NCBI GenBank assembly: GCA_965223545.1
Contig: OZ245006.1
Coordinates: 6,368,001-6,432,000, forward strand
DNA length: 64,000 nucleotides
Reading direction: 5' to 3'
From: Planctomycetota bacterium
GTDB lineage: Bacteria; Planctomycetota; UBA1135; UBA2386
Shown here piece after piece: positions 40,701-49,919 of the stretch. A program made the position numbers and the translations under genes. Positions within the stretch are counted from its first letter, which is position 1, and every line of letters begins with the position of its first letter. The notes below the pieces were generated by a model, which did no database searches, was not told the origin of the DNA, and worked only from the letters and a program-made list of their open reading frames with translations.

Positions 40701-40815
40701 TGTCTCCCTCGCCGCGCAGGTGCTCGGCCTTCACGACGTACTTCTCGAGGAACGTGCTCGGCTGCTGATCGGGCTGCAAGCAGAGCAGCGCGGTGAGAAT
40801 CAGGGTCGGTGCCAT
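37786..40815 (-). CDS. Large exported multidomain protein: TPR, DUF1570-like metallopeptidase, TPR, lectin-like, thioredoxin-like
   Basis: TLFHEAAHQF...PGWLNEAYASFFE gluzincin motif; WHTVRIDV...VYFDG; LVFWS..., GMPRVLLIDRRG. Confidence 0.75.
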   Translation of the reverse strand: MAPTLILTALLCLQPDQQPSTFLEKYVVKAEHLRGEGDIPAAMAAVQRALERNANSLRALELEAELAQEMHDMDRAVHAMHRWSDLVAIAKPSPVPYKTRKERAEALAELDPEASTWERLVKTYLRELQSLGKEYQKREDFLAALEVYSHMLQIDPRHTTAAAAITEVRRTGGPEVAVEDVFAGADPSFGKTPEQIEKENAKHDTWATAWRKNTDNYRYRTDAGYLVLETAAIAMEQMNRFYRKFFRYKLDGGRTPKIEIRIFKSREEYLELGQSPAEWSGGHFIGSAVETYIGGVTGTESIREMYQTLFHEAAHQFVSLTGGFVPGWLNEAYASFFEGCTILSNGTVEWNQVPPRRLYPLAQRMLVGWMESADDGVRDETGEWATPFKAPTFAQVVAGDYEWGPPWYAPTWGVVYFLYNYRADDGRTVYRDALHDYYSSFKRGHTPDPVANFEEIVLRGAPLSPVQTLAELDPIWREYILGLRNVHSVTGKREKKLVHYGDAAVTRGEFELAAEFYEEAAEQNPGDIDILDKLARCQEKLERNALAAATYRKLLRELDATGRGDDPLRSSAAKKVLDLDPLAARYQRIKRQLSDNGLALATSYEERGLPTMALEIARRMSANFSISKALEFYTRVARETGVSLARWRVAYDEHSLAGWSGGGGAYTAYGDMIRANVDVAGSDNTLDTRELACDVTFDSDFSLEAEMRIAGDDAGNFDGSLMGLCFGRKGAQDFHAVVLHPKGFMDISTSQGGVWDIRDHRSMPVGTDWHTVRIDVTGTTLDVYFDGRYVRGLEFPSRESVSGAFGLITGPGKAFYRNVRILPRERYDPAARVERALAMERIMADESLRQEGSFAGVRPPELAKVEWAQGDAVTLAGLVGRPVMLVFWSPGQDEVIPTTRLYNHLADQGAEHGLALVVICDPATTAAELDGYLAEHPMPAAHIGLDRTFLTMSSYYVKPGFHGMPRVLLIDRRGIVQFEGDPGLRAGVGWHPGTATYLDSAFARLLQQQ

Positions 40816-40876
40816 CGGCGCCAATCTACCGGAACCGCCGGGCGGCCACCGCTCGCATCGGTGATGGTGGCCCGGA

Positions 40877-41719
40877 TCAGGCCGGCCGCAGGGCGTCCTC
40901 GAGCGCGGTGCGCGCGTCGGTGCGCGCATCGCGGTACTTGACGATCAGCGGCGTGGCGACGCACAGGCCGCGCGCGGCGGCGAACGCGCCCTGCGCCGGC
41001 CGGCTGCCCATCACCACAACGGCGCCGTCGGGCACCTCGAGGACGCCGCCGTTGGGGGTGTGGACCGTCTCGTGCACGAGGTCGTGCAACACCATGCTGC
41101 CGGTGAGCACCACGCCGGCGCCGATCACTGCGCGACGGCGGACGAGCACGCCCTCGTACAGGCCGCAGTTGCCGCCGATCATGGCCTCGTCCTCGACGAC
41201 CACCGGCAGCTGCCCGGCGGGCTCCAGCACGCCGCCGATCTGAGCCCCCGCGCTCAGGTGCACGCGCTCACCGATCTGGGCGCAGGAGCCGACCAAGGCG
41301 TGCGAGTCGACCATCGCGCCGCGGCCGACGTGGGCGCCGATGTTGACGTAGCTCGGCGGCATCAGCACGCAGCCGGCGCCGATGTGCGCGCCCGAGCGCA
41401 CCGTGGCGCCGCCCGGAACGACACGCACGTCGGACGGCATCGTGCCGACGTCGCGCGGTGGCAACAGGTCGAGGTCTCGGTGGCGGTGCGGTGCGGGCTG
41501 CTCGGGCATCACCGTGCGGCCGAGGCGGAAACACAGCAGAATGCCTTGTTTGATCCAGGCGTGCACCTGCCAACGGCCGTCGTCGGCGCGGCTGGCCGCG
41601 CGGAGGTGGCCGTCTTCGAGGCCGCGCAGCAGAGCGGTGGCGGCGGCCCGCGCGCGGTCCGGGTCGGCGATCGTCCCGCGGTTTCGTTCGATCTCGGTGC
41701 GGATCTGCGCGGCGTCCAT
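40877..41719 (-). CDS. dapD: Tetrahydrodipicolinate N-succinyltransferase
   Basis: WIKQGILL, RVVPGG..R.G, VGSCAQIG, IGGVLEP, IVKYRD. Confidence 0.95.
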   Translation of the reverse strand: MDAAQIRTEIERNRGTIADPDRARAAATALLRGLEDGHLRAASRADDGRWQVHAWIKQGILLCFRLGRTVMPEQPAPHRHRDLDLLPPRDVGTMPSDVRVVPGGATVRSGAHIGAGCVLMPPSYVNIGAHVGRGAMVDSHALVGSCAQIGERVHLSAGAQIGGVLEPAGQLPVVVEDEAMIGGNCGLYEGVLVRRRAVIGAGVVLTGSMVLHDLVHETVHTPNGGVLEVPDGAVVVMGSRPAQGAFAAARGLCVATPLIVKYRDARTDARTALEDALRPA

Positions 41720-42636
41720 CAGCGTGCCTCCGCGGTGGCGACTTCGGCCGGCTCCAACGCGGACAGCGCGGCGCGCAGCGCGGCGTGGTGCGGTGCTACG
41801 AGTGGACGCAGCGGCGGCCGCAGTGTGTTTGATGCCAGGTCGAGCATCGCCATCGCCGCCTTGACCGGAATCGGGTTGACCTCCAGCGCCTGGGCGCGGA
41901 TCAGCGGCAGCAGGCTCTGGTGCAGGCCGCGAGCCGCCGCGCTGTCGCCGGCGCGGGCGTGGGCGACCAGCCGGACCAGCGCGTGGGGTGCCACGTTGCC
42001 GACGACCGAGATGGTCCCGCCGGCGCCGAGCAAGAGCATGGCCAGCGCCCAGGCGTCTTCACCGGACCACACCTCGAGGGCCGGTGGCCGCTGCGCCAAC
42101 AGGTCGACGGCGTCGTGGAAGGAGCGGGGCGCCGTCTTGATGGCGACGATGTTGGGGTGCTCCGCGAGGGTGAGCGTCGCGTCGAGTCCGAGAGCGCAGC
42201 TCGTGCGGGCGGGGACGTCGTACAGCGCGATCGGGATCGGTGAAGCGTCCGCGATCGCGGTGAAGTGCGCGATCAGCGCGTCCTGTGGTGGCCGGTTGTA
42301 CGGCGGCACCACCGTCAGCGCGGCGTCGGCCCCGCATCGCCCCGCGCGCCGTGCGTCGGCGATCGCCGCGCGCGTGTCGTTGCCGCCGCCGCCGGCGATC
42401 ACGGCCGCACGGCCGCGGGTCACCTCGACCGCGGTGCGCACCAGGAGCTCGCGCTCGGCAGCGCGCAGCGTGGCGGATTCGCCCGTCGTGCCGGCGACGA
42501 CCAGCAGGTGGACGCCGGCTTCGAGCTGGCGTTCGAGCAGGCGCACGAAGCAGTCGACATCGACCTCGCCGTGCGGGTCGAAGGGAGTCACCAGCGCGGT
42601 GCCGGCGCCGCGCCATTGCAGTCGAGTGTGGGTCAT
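41719..42636 (-). CDS. dapA: 4-hydroxy-tetrahydrodipicolinate synthase
   Basis: TALVTPF, GTTGES, PPYNRP, LYDVPART, IVAIK, NPIPVKAA. Confidence 0.95.
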   Translation of the reverse strand: MTHTRLQWRGAGTALVTPFDPHGEVDVDCFVRLLERQLEAGVHLLVVAGTTGESATLRAAERELLVRTAVEVTRGRAAVIAGGGGNDTRAAIADARRAGRCGADAALTVVPPYNRPPQDALIAHFTAIADASPIPIALYDVPARTSCALGLDATLTLAEHPNIVAIKTAPRSFHDAVDLLAQRPPALEVWSGEDAWALAMLLLGAGGTISVVGNVAPHALVRLVAHARAGDSAAARGLHQSLLPLIRAQALEVNPIPVKAAMAMLDLASNTLRPPLRPLVAPHHAALRAALSALEPAEVATAEAR

Positions 42637-43397
42637 GTTCGTTCTCCGGAGTCGGGGCCGTCGCTGTCCAGATCGTCGATGGTGAACCAGCCGACGCGGC
42701 CGATCAGCCACTCGGCGGCGCGCACCGCGCCGTGTGCCAGGCTCTCTCGGTCGCGCAGGGTGTGGCAGAGCTCGAGGGTGTCGTGGCCGCAGTCGACGAC
42801 CACGCGGTGCTGGCCGGGGTGGGCGCCGCCGCGGACGGAGACCACCATCAGGTCGTCGTCGCGAAGGGGAGCCTCGCCGAGCGTCGTGCGCAGCCGCTGC
42901 TTGCCCGGCAATGCGCGCAGCAGAGTCTCGCCGAGCAGCAACGCCGTCCCGCTGGGCACGTCGCGCTTGCCGCGGTGATGCGTTTCTTCGATCCAAACGT
43001 CGCTGTGCGGGTCGTCGCCGACCAGCGTGGCGAGGGCGTGTGCCAGTCTGCGCAGCCGAGCCGCGCCGAGCGAGAGGTTGGCGGCCTCGAGCACCCCGAT
43101 CTCCGCGCGCCCTGCGTCGCGCCGCAGGGCGTCGCGCCGCTCGGGCGTCGCCCAGCCGGTCGTGCCGATGAGCAGGGGCCGCCGCGCCTCGGCGGCGATG
43201 CGCAAGTGCTCTTCGACTGCGGCGCCGGCGGAGAAGTCGAGCAACACGTCGACGTCGCCGGGTTCGACGCGGTCGTCGCGCCCCGCGCTCCAGGCGATCG
43301 CGTGCCCAGCGCGGGCGACAGCGCGTGCCACGGCGAGGCCCATGCGGCCGCGGCCGAACAGGCCGATGCGCAGCGGTGACGCGGGTGGGGTCAGCAT
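42633..43397 (-). CDS. dapB: 4-hydroxy-tetrahydrodipicolinate reductase
   Basis: GRGRMG, DFS, IGTTGW, NLSLG, ETHHRGKRDVPSGTA. Confidence 0.93.
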   Translation of the reverse strand: MLTPPASPLRIGLFGRGRMGLAVARAVARAGHAIAWSAGRDDRVEPGDVDVLLDFSAGAAVEEHLRIAAEARRPLLIGTTGWATPERRDALRRDAGRAEIGVLEAANLSLGAARLRRLAHALATLVGDDPHSDVWIEETHHRGKRDVPSGTALLLGETLLRALPGKQRLRTTLGEAPLRDDDLMVVSVRGGAHPGQHRVVVDCGHDTLELCHTLRDRESLAHGAVRAAEWLIGRVGWFTIDDLDSDGPDSGERT

Positions 43398-44773
43398 GAG
43401 ACGGGCTCCAGGAAGCGTGCGTGCAAGCGGCGGACGGCATCGTCGGCGTGCGCCGCCGGCATCGCGCAGGTCAGGTTGAGGTCGGTGGAGTCGAGGCAGA
43501 CCAGGTCGAGCGGGATGTCCTCGAGGGCGGCGAGGGCAGTGCCGATCGCGGTGGGCGACTGCAGCAAGCGGTGTGCGATCAGGCAGACCAGCGCGCGGTC
43601 GCGGCGGACGTGGACGTCGCCGAGGTGTCCCAGCGCCGCGGTGAGCTGGGGCAGCGCGTCCGTGTCTTCGACGCTGATCGAGATCGCGACTTCGGCGGTG
43701 GTGACCACGTCGACCGACACTTCGAGCTCGGCGAAGACGGCGAACACGCGCGCGATGAAGCCGGGAGCGCCGAGCATCCGCGTCGAGCGGACGCAGACGA
43801 GGTGGACGCCGCGCTTGGCCACCACCGCGATGGGGCGGGGCTCGCCGCTCGGGTGGTCGCGGTCGTCCGCCGGTCCGCGTGCGTCGATCGTCGTGCCCGG
43901 GTGCGCCGGCGCGTGCGTGTTGCGCACGCGGACGGCGACTCCGCGCGCGACCGCGGGCTGTATCGACGCCGGGTGCAGCACCCGGGCGCCGAAGGTGGCC
44001 AGCTCGGCCGCCACCGCGAACGAGACGTGATCGAGCGAGCGGGCGCCGTCGATCAGCCGAGGATCGGCGGTCATCATGCCGTTGACGTCGGTCCAGATCT
44101 GCACTTCGTCGGCATCCAGCGCGGCGCCGAGCAGGGTCGCGGTCAGGTCGCTGCCGCCGCGGCCGAGCGTCACCGTGCGGCCGCCGCGGCTGCGACCGAC
44201 GTAGCCGCCGGTCACCGGCACGATGCCCGTGCACAGCAGGGGGCGCAGCAGCGTCGCGCAGCGCGCGCGCAGCGTGTCGGTGTCGACCCGACCGCTGCCG
44301 AACCGCTGGTCGGTCGGCACCAGCTCGCGCGGGTCGACCGGTTCGGCAGCGACTCCTCTGGCGCGCAATGCCAGGGCGAACAGCCGGTGGGACACCAGTT
44401 CGCCCAGGCTCGCGATGGCGTCGCGCGTGCCTGGCGAACACTCGCCGACCAAGGCCGCGCCGGCGGCCAGGTCGCGCAGGGTGGTGGCGGCTTCGTCGAT
44501 CCAGGCGAGGGCTTGCCGGCGGGCGTCGGCGGACAGCGCCAGCGGACGCGCCGTGGTCCGCCAGTGGTCGAGGACGTCCATCGCGTAGCGCTGGGCGGCG
44601 GTTGGCGCCTCGGCGCAAGCGTCGGCGATTCGCAGGAGAAGGTCGGTGACCCGCGCCTGGGCCGAGACGACGACGACCAATCCCTCTGCCGTGTGGGCCG
44701 CAGCGATCGCGGTGGCACGATCGATTGCTGTGGCGTCGGCGACGGAGGTACCACCGAACTTGAGAATGCGCAT
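43391..44773 (-). CDS. lysC: Aspartate kinase (ACT-domain)
   Basis: [40 protein letters not shown]. Confidence 0.95.
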   Translation of the reverse strand: MRILKFGGTSVADATAIDRATAIAAAHTAEGLVVVVSAQARVTDLLLRIADACAEAPTAAQRYAMDVLDHWRTTARPLALSADARRQALAWIDEAATTLRDLAAGAALVGECSPGTRDAIASLGELVSHRLFALALRARGVAAEPVDPRELVPTDQRFGSGRVDTDTLRARCATLLRPLLCTGIVPVTGGYVGRSRGGRTVTLGRGGSDLTATLLGAALDADEVQIWTDVNGMMTADPRLIDGARSLDHVSFAVAAELATFGARVLHPASIQPAVARGVAVRVRNTHAPAHPGTTIDARGPADDRDHPSGEPRPIAVVAKRGVHLVCVRSTRMLGAPGFIARVFAVFAELEVSVDVVTTAEVAISISVEDTDALPQLTAALGHLGDVHVRRDRALVCLIAHRLLQSPTAIGTALAALEDIPLDLVCLDSTDLNLTCAMPAAHADDAVRRLHARFLEPVSC

Positions 44774-45120
44774 CACGAGGTGCTCCAGGTCGACATGGGG
44801 GTAACGAAGATCACGCGCGCGGGCCAAGGCCCCAGCGGTTGGGGGCCAAAGACCCTGGCGGCGACGGCGGACGGCCGACCTGTCGTCCCCGTCAACCGGG
44901 GCAGGTCAGTCGCGGCGCGGCTGGTGCGCGACCGCCGTCAGGCGACCGGTTTCGTCGCGCCTGCGTTTGCCCGCGGACGGGCGGCAGGTTTCACGCGGCG
45001 GGCTTCGCGGTGGCAGGCCACGGGAAGGCGCGTGATCGAGGCGACGTGGTGATGGACCATGATGGTTGCGCGCACGGTAGCCGTGTTAGCGTGGCGATAC
45101 AAGCGCCGAGCATCGCGGTG

Positions 45121-46107
45121 ATGAGTGCAACAACGAACGACTTTCCCGTGCGCGTCGTACTGCGCGGTTTCGCGCTGGCGACCGTTGTCCTGATCGGCTG
45201 CGGAGCGCCGCCGCCAAACCCGCGCGCCAGCGACGCCGGCGCGAACGGCGTCGAGCTCGTCGTCCTCGGCGTCGCGCAGGACGGCGGAGTACCCCACCTG
45301 GGGTGTGAGCGCGTCTGCTGTGCGGCCGCGCGACTTCGCGGTGAGCACCTCTACCCGGCGTCGCTGGGGTTGCGCGCGGCCGATGGCCGCCTGCTCTTGG
45401 TCGAGGCGACTCCCGCGATCGATGCCCAGGTCGCGTTGCTGCACCGGACCTTCGGGGTCAGCGGGCGCGGGCGGCGACCCGTCGACGCCATTCTGCTGAC
45501 CCACGCGCACATCGGCCACTACCTCGGCCTGGCCCAGCTCGGCCGCGAGGTCGCGGGTGCGCCCGGCGTCGAGGTCTGGGTCAGCCCGCGGTTCGCCCGC
45601 TTCCTGCGCGAGAACGGTCCGTGGAGCCAGCTCGTGCAGCTCGGCCAGATCGTGCTGCGCGAGTTCGCGCCCGGTGCGCGCTTCTCACCGTTGCCCGGCA
45701 TCGAGGTGACCGCCCTGCCGGTGCCGCACCGGGACGAGTATTCCGACACGATGGCCTACGTGCTGCACGGTCCGCGGCGCAGCGCGCTGTTCGTGCCGGA
45801 CATCGACCGCTGGGAGAATGCGTCGAGTGTGTTTCGCGCCGCCCTCCAGGCGGCCGACGTCGCGTTTCTCGATGGCACGTTCTTCGACGGCAGTGAGCTC
45901 CCCGGCCGCGACCTGGACGAGATCCCGCACCCGCCGATGGTCCGCACGATGGAGTGGTTGGCCGACCGCGCGGCCGCGGCGCCGGGTGCGCTGCGGTTTC
46001 TGCACTTCAACCACACCAATCCCGTGCTGCGCGATGCGCAGGCGGCGAGTGCAGTGCGAGCGCTCGGGTTCGCGCTGGCGCAGCGCGGCGACACGGTGAC
46101 CTTGTGA
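45121..46107 (+). CDS. PqqB-like metallo-beta-lactamase fold protein
   Basis: LGVAQDGGVPH.GC...CC, LTHAHIGHY, VPHRDEYS, DGTF, IPHP, HFNHTNP; possible lipobox LIGC. Confidence 0.85.
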   Translation: MSATTNDFPVRVVLRGFALATVVLIGCGAPPPNPRASDAGANGVELVVLGVAQDGGVPHLGCERVCCAAARLRGEHLYPASLGLRAADGRLLLVEATPAIDAQVALLHRTFGVSGRGRRPVDAILLTHAHIGHYLGLAQLGREVAGAPGVEVWVSPRFARFLRENGPWSQLVQLGQIVLREFAPGARFSPLPGIEVTALPVPHRDEYSDTMAYVLHGPRRSALFVPDIDRWENASSVFRAALQAADVAFLDGTFFDGSELPGRDLDEIPHPPMVRTMEWLADRAAAAPGALRFLHFNHTNPVLRDAQAASAVRALGFALAQRGDTVTL

Positions 46108-46136
46108 AGCGGAGCGCGTGGTCCGGCTGCCCGCCG

Positions 46137-48092
46137 TCATGGCGCCGCTGACGCGGCCTCGGAGGTGCGGGTCTCCAGCAGCGGCGGCAGCGGGCAATCC
46201 ACGCTGTCGGCGATGGCGCGCAGCAGCTCCGCCTCACGCGGCTGCACGACGCCGTCGTGGCAGGCGGTCTCGGCGCAGGCGCGCAGCACCGCGCGCTTGC
46301 ACCCGGGTGTCGACTGTGCCAGCCGGTCGAGCGCCCGATCCACCGGCGCCAGCCCGGCAGCGCTGCGGTCGAGCAAGGGGCGCGGGTAGCCATCGGTCGG
46401 CAGGGTCACCATCCCCGCCCGAAACGCCGCTTCGACTTCGGCCAGGTCCGGATGGCCGACCCGCGCCAGACAGCTGAGCACGACCTGACAGTCCGGCAGC
46501 AGGGCCTGGATCCGGTGGAAGCGCACGCCGCGGTCGGCGGGACCGTCGAAGTGGGTCGCGAGGTGGCGCAGCAACACCTTGTGCAGCGTGAACTCCCACA
46601 AGTCGATGCGCCCGTCGGCGTCGATCAGCCCGCGCACCGAGCGCCGGAACTGGCCGTACTGCTGGTACGACATGTCGCGCAGGGCGGGCAGGCAGAGGTC
46701 GATCAGGATCAGGTGGAGGCCTCGGTCCAGTCCCGCGGCGGTCGGTCGGAGCTCGGCGGTGCGGTGCACGGTCTCCTCGTCGGTGCGGTAGCCGAGTAGC
46801 TCGAGCTGCGCCTCGCGGACGCGGCGCTCCCCGCTGAGCAACAGGGACAGCACCAACGCGCGGGCGGCGAACGGCTCGTGCAGCGCGCTGCTGATCTCGA
46901 GCGGCAGCTGCCGCAGGAGCCGGTCGGTCAACTCGAGGTGCGCGTCGGTGGGGTGACCCACCGACTCGATCAGGCGTGATGGCAGCCGTTCGCTGGCCTC
47001 CGGCGTCGCCGCTGCCGCGGCGCTGGCGCCGGCGAAGCCCGCGGTCCGCGGCGACTGCACGTCGTGCACTCTCGAATGGGATGCGACGTCCGGCAGGGCC
47101 GCGCCGCGTTCGATGCGCTGGATGCGCTCGGGCAGCGGTGGGTGGGTCGCGAACCAGCCGGCGAACGCCGAGGAGACCGCGCTGCTGAAGAACATGTGGC
47201 TGGCGGCCTCGGCCTGCGCGTTGTGCATGCGCGACCCAGCGCCGATGCCGCCGATCTTGCGCAGCGCGCCCGCGATGCCGGCCGGGTTGCGCGTGAACTG
47301 CACCGCGGATGCGTCCGCCAGGAACTCTCGCTGCCGGGAGACCGCGGACTGGATCAAGCGGGCGAAGAACACGCCGATGTAGCCCACCGCGACCAACCCG
47401 GCTCCGAGTGCGAGCACGGCGATGGTGCCGCCGCCGCGGTCGCTGCGCCGGCGCCCGACGCCGTGATAGGCGCCCGACCGCAGCAGCATGTAGCCCGCGA
47501 GGGCGACGCACAGAATGCCGTGCAGCACGCCCATCAGCCGGATGTTGAGCCGCATGTCGCCGTTGAGGATGTGGCTGAACTCGTGCGCGACGACGCCCTG
47601 CAGCTCGTCGCGGTTCAGCTCTGCCAGGGTGCCGCGGGTGACCGCGACGACGGCATCACCCGGTGCGTAGCCCGCGGCAAACGCGTTGATCGCCGGCTCC
47701 TCATCCATGATGTAGATGCCGGGCACCGGCACGCCCGAGGCGACCGAGATCTCCTCGACGACGTTGATCAGCGTTCGCTCTTGTTGGTCACGGGTGTTGG
47801 GCTGTACCGGGCGCGCACCCATCAGCCGGGCCACGACTTGGCCGCCCGCGCGCAGCTGCAGCAGCCGGTAGCCGGTGCCACAGCCGACCACCAGGAGGGT
47901 GCCGCCGGCGACCGCGGCCAGCAGCTGCGGATTCCACCAGCCCCGCGCCCCGGCGCTCGCCGGCGAGAATTCGAACACGCCGATGGCGATCGCGTAGATC
48001 GCGGCGACCATGCACACCACCGCCAACACGAACAGGGCGACCAGGGTCTTGCTGTTGCGCAACGCCCGGTCCTGGTGGCTGAAGAAGTCCAT
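46137..48092 (-). CDS. M48 (HtpX-like) membrane metalloprotease with C-terminal extension
   Basis: INAFAAG, ELQGVVAHEFSH, SRQREFLADA, THPPL.ERI; start MDFFSHQ at 48092. Confidence 0.92.
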   Translation of the reverse strand: MDFFSHQDRALRNSKTLVALFVLAVVCMVAAIYAIAIGVFEFSPASAGARGWWNPQLLAAVAGGTLLVVGCGTGYRLLQLRAGGQVVARLMGARPVQPNTRDQQERTLINVVEEISVASGVPVPGIYIMDEEPAINAFAAGYAPGDAVVAVTRGTLAELNRDELQGVVAHEFSHILNGDMRLNIRLMGVLHGILCVALAGYMLLRSGAYHGVGRRRSDRGGGTIAVLALGAGLVAVGYIGVFFARLIQSAVSRQREFLADASAVQFTRNPAGIAGALRKIGGIGAGSRMHNAQAEAASHMFFSSAVSSAFAGWFATHPPLPERIQRIERGAALPDVASHSRVHDVQSPRTAGFAGASAAAAATPEASERLPSRLIESVGHPTDAHLELTDRLLRQLPLEISSALHEPFAARALVLSLLLSGERRVREAQLELLGYRTDEETVHRTAELRPTAAGLDRGLHLILIDLCLPALRDMSYQQYGQFRRSVRGLIDADGRIDLWEFTLHKVLLRHLATHFDGPADRGVRFHRIQALLPDCQVVLSCLARVGHPDLAEVEAAFRAGMVTLPTDGYPRPLLDRSAAGLAPVDRALDRLAQSTPGCKRAVLRACAETACHDGVVQPREAELLRAIADSVDCPLPPLLETRTSEAASAAP

Positions 48093-48100
48093 GTCGGTCG

Positions 48101-48694
48101 CTACTCCGCCTTCTCTAACTCGTACAGCACCGCGCTGGCGCGATGCGTCAAGAACAGGCCGCCGCCGCAGTTGGTGAAGTGGGGGGCGAGCGCGCGCCGG
48201 TACCAGGCCACGGGGCGCAGGAACACGTCGCCATCGGTGACTTCGCGGTCGCAGTTCTGCTGCCAGTCCTCGCGGGTCAGTGCCTCGAGGTACACCGCCC
48301 CGTGGCTGAGGCGGGTGAGGTTGCGGATCGCGCGCCGCGCATCGCGGGCGCCCAAGTACTGGAGGACGCCGTGGCAGACGACCAAGTCGAAGCTGGATTT
48401 CGGATCCCAGTCGACCACCGAGCCCTGCTGCCATCCGTAGCGCTCGCACAGATAGTCGCTGACCTCGACTCCGGTGTAGCGCACACCGCGCCGGTGCTTG
48501 CGCAGGGCGGTGCGCCAGAGGCCGAGGCCGCAGCCGACATCCGCCACCGTGCGCAGCGGCAAGTCCAAGTGGCGCATGTAGGCCACAACGAAGCCGACCA
48601 ACCGATCGGTTTCGGGGCCGGAGGTCACCCGGCGGTTCCGGTCTCGATAGAACCGATCGTAGTAGGCGCTGTCGAAGGAGAACGAGCGAGTCAT
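48101..48694 (-). CDS. Class I SAM-dependent methyltransferase
   Basis: VADVGCGLG, TGVEVS, FDLVVC..VLQY. Confidence 0.88.
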   Translation of the reverse strand: MTRSFSFDSAYYDRFYRDRNRRVTSGPETDRLVGFVVAYMRHLDLPLRTVADVGCGLGLWRTALRKHRRGVRYTGVEVSDYLCERYGWQQGSVVDWDPKSSFDLVVCHGVLQYLGARDARRAIRNLTRLSHGAVYLEALTREDWQQNCDREVTDGDVFLRPVAWYRRALAPHFTNCGGGLFLTHRASAVLYELEKAE

Positions 48695-48891
48695 CGCAGT
48701 GGCTCGGCGGCTGCCGGCCAATTCCACCTGAGCCGAGACGCGGTACCAAGGCCGCAGTCGCTCAGCGCTGCGCCGTGTTTCGCATCGAGCGCCGGTCGTG
48801 GCACACTACAGCCATGTCGAGCCCCGCGCCGCGGCGTGATCGAGCCCGGACGGGGGTCGACCGCCTGACATCCAACGCCGTGCGCCGGGGG

Positions 48892-49914
48892 ATGGCGGCG
48901 CTGGTTCGCTGCGCGGTGGACGGAACGGTGCGCGTGCTGGCGGTCGGAACCCTGCTGCAGATCACCGTCGAGATCGTCGGCGACACCGCTCCTGTGCGCG
49001 GTTGGATCGGGCTCGGAGTGCTGCCAGCGGTGCTCGAACGCGCGCTGTTGGCGGGCTTCGCCGCCGGCGTGTGCGGCTGGCGTTGGCTGCCCGGTGCGGC
49101 GCGCGCCGCGGTACGGGCTGCGGGCGCGGTGCTGGCCGCGGTGTGCGCGAGCCAAGCGGCGCAGTTCTGGTGGTGGTGTGCCGCCGGGCACCTCGCCAGC
49201 GGTTTCCCGATCCCGGCCGGGGCCTGGTGCGCGCTCGCGCTGGGTTGCTGGGCATGGCGCCCGTGGGGCGGCACGCAGCCCGCCAGGGGCGGGGTCTGGG
49301 TGGTGGTCCGCCTCGGCCGCGACGCGGTCATCGCCGCCGCGGGTCTGGCTGCCTTCGCCATCGGATTCGGCAGCACGGACTACGCGCGGCCGGCGGACGC
49401 GATCGTCGTTTTTGGCGCGGGGGTCAAGGGCGACGGCACTCCCTCGCCGTCGCTGCGCGAACGGGTGGAACGCGCCTGTGCCCTGTATCGCGACGGCCTC
49501 GCGCCGGTGATTCTGTGCTCAGGCGGCGTCAGCCAGCAGGTGCCGGTCAGCGAGGCGGAATCGATGCAGCGGCACGCGCAGACGCGCGGCGTGCCGGCCG
49601 CCGCTCTACTCGGCGACGAGACCGGGGTGAACACCCTGGCGACGATGCGCACCGTCGTCCGCCTCGCGCACCAGCGCGGATGGCGATCGGTGCTGCTGGT
49701 CAGCCACTCCTACCACCTGCCGCGGATCAAGCTGTTCAGCCGGCGATTGTCGATTCGCGCCTATACGGTGCCGTGCGCGACGACGCGGCGATTCGGGATC
49801 TTGGCGCGCGCCTGGCTCCGGGACCTGGGGGCGCTGCTGTTCTACTACTTCTCACCGCACCTGACGGCGGTGCCAGCGGCCACCGATCCCCAGCCGTCGG
49901 CCGTGGGCGGTTGA
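48892..49914 (+). CDS. YdcF/DUF218 family membrane protein
   Basis: DAIVVFGA, LRERV, SGG, SEA..M, NT, LVSHSYHLPR; start uncertain. Confidence 0.82.
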   Translation: MAALVRCAVDGTVRVLAVGTLLQITVEIVGDTAPVRGWIGLGVLPAVLERALLAGFAAGVCGWRWLPGAARAAVRAAGAVLAAVCASQAAQFWWWCAAGHLASGFPIPAGAWCALALGCWAWRPWGGTQPARGGVWVVVRLGRDAVIAAAGLAAFAIGFGSTDYARPADAIVVFGAGVKGDGTPSPSLRERVERACALYRDGLAPVILCSGGVSQQVPVSEAESMQRHAQTRGVPAAALLGDETGVNTLATMRTVVRLAHQRGWRSVLLVSHSYHLPRIKLFSRRLSIRAYTVPCATTRRFGILARAWLRDLGALLFYYFSPHLTAVPAATDPQPSAVGG

Positions 49915-49919
49915 CGGCC

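Noticed and set aside
44774..45120. Lysine riboswitch upstream of lysC
   Set aside because: Conserved aptamer features not recognisable by eye; not called without an Rfam scan.
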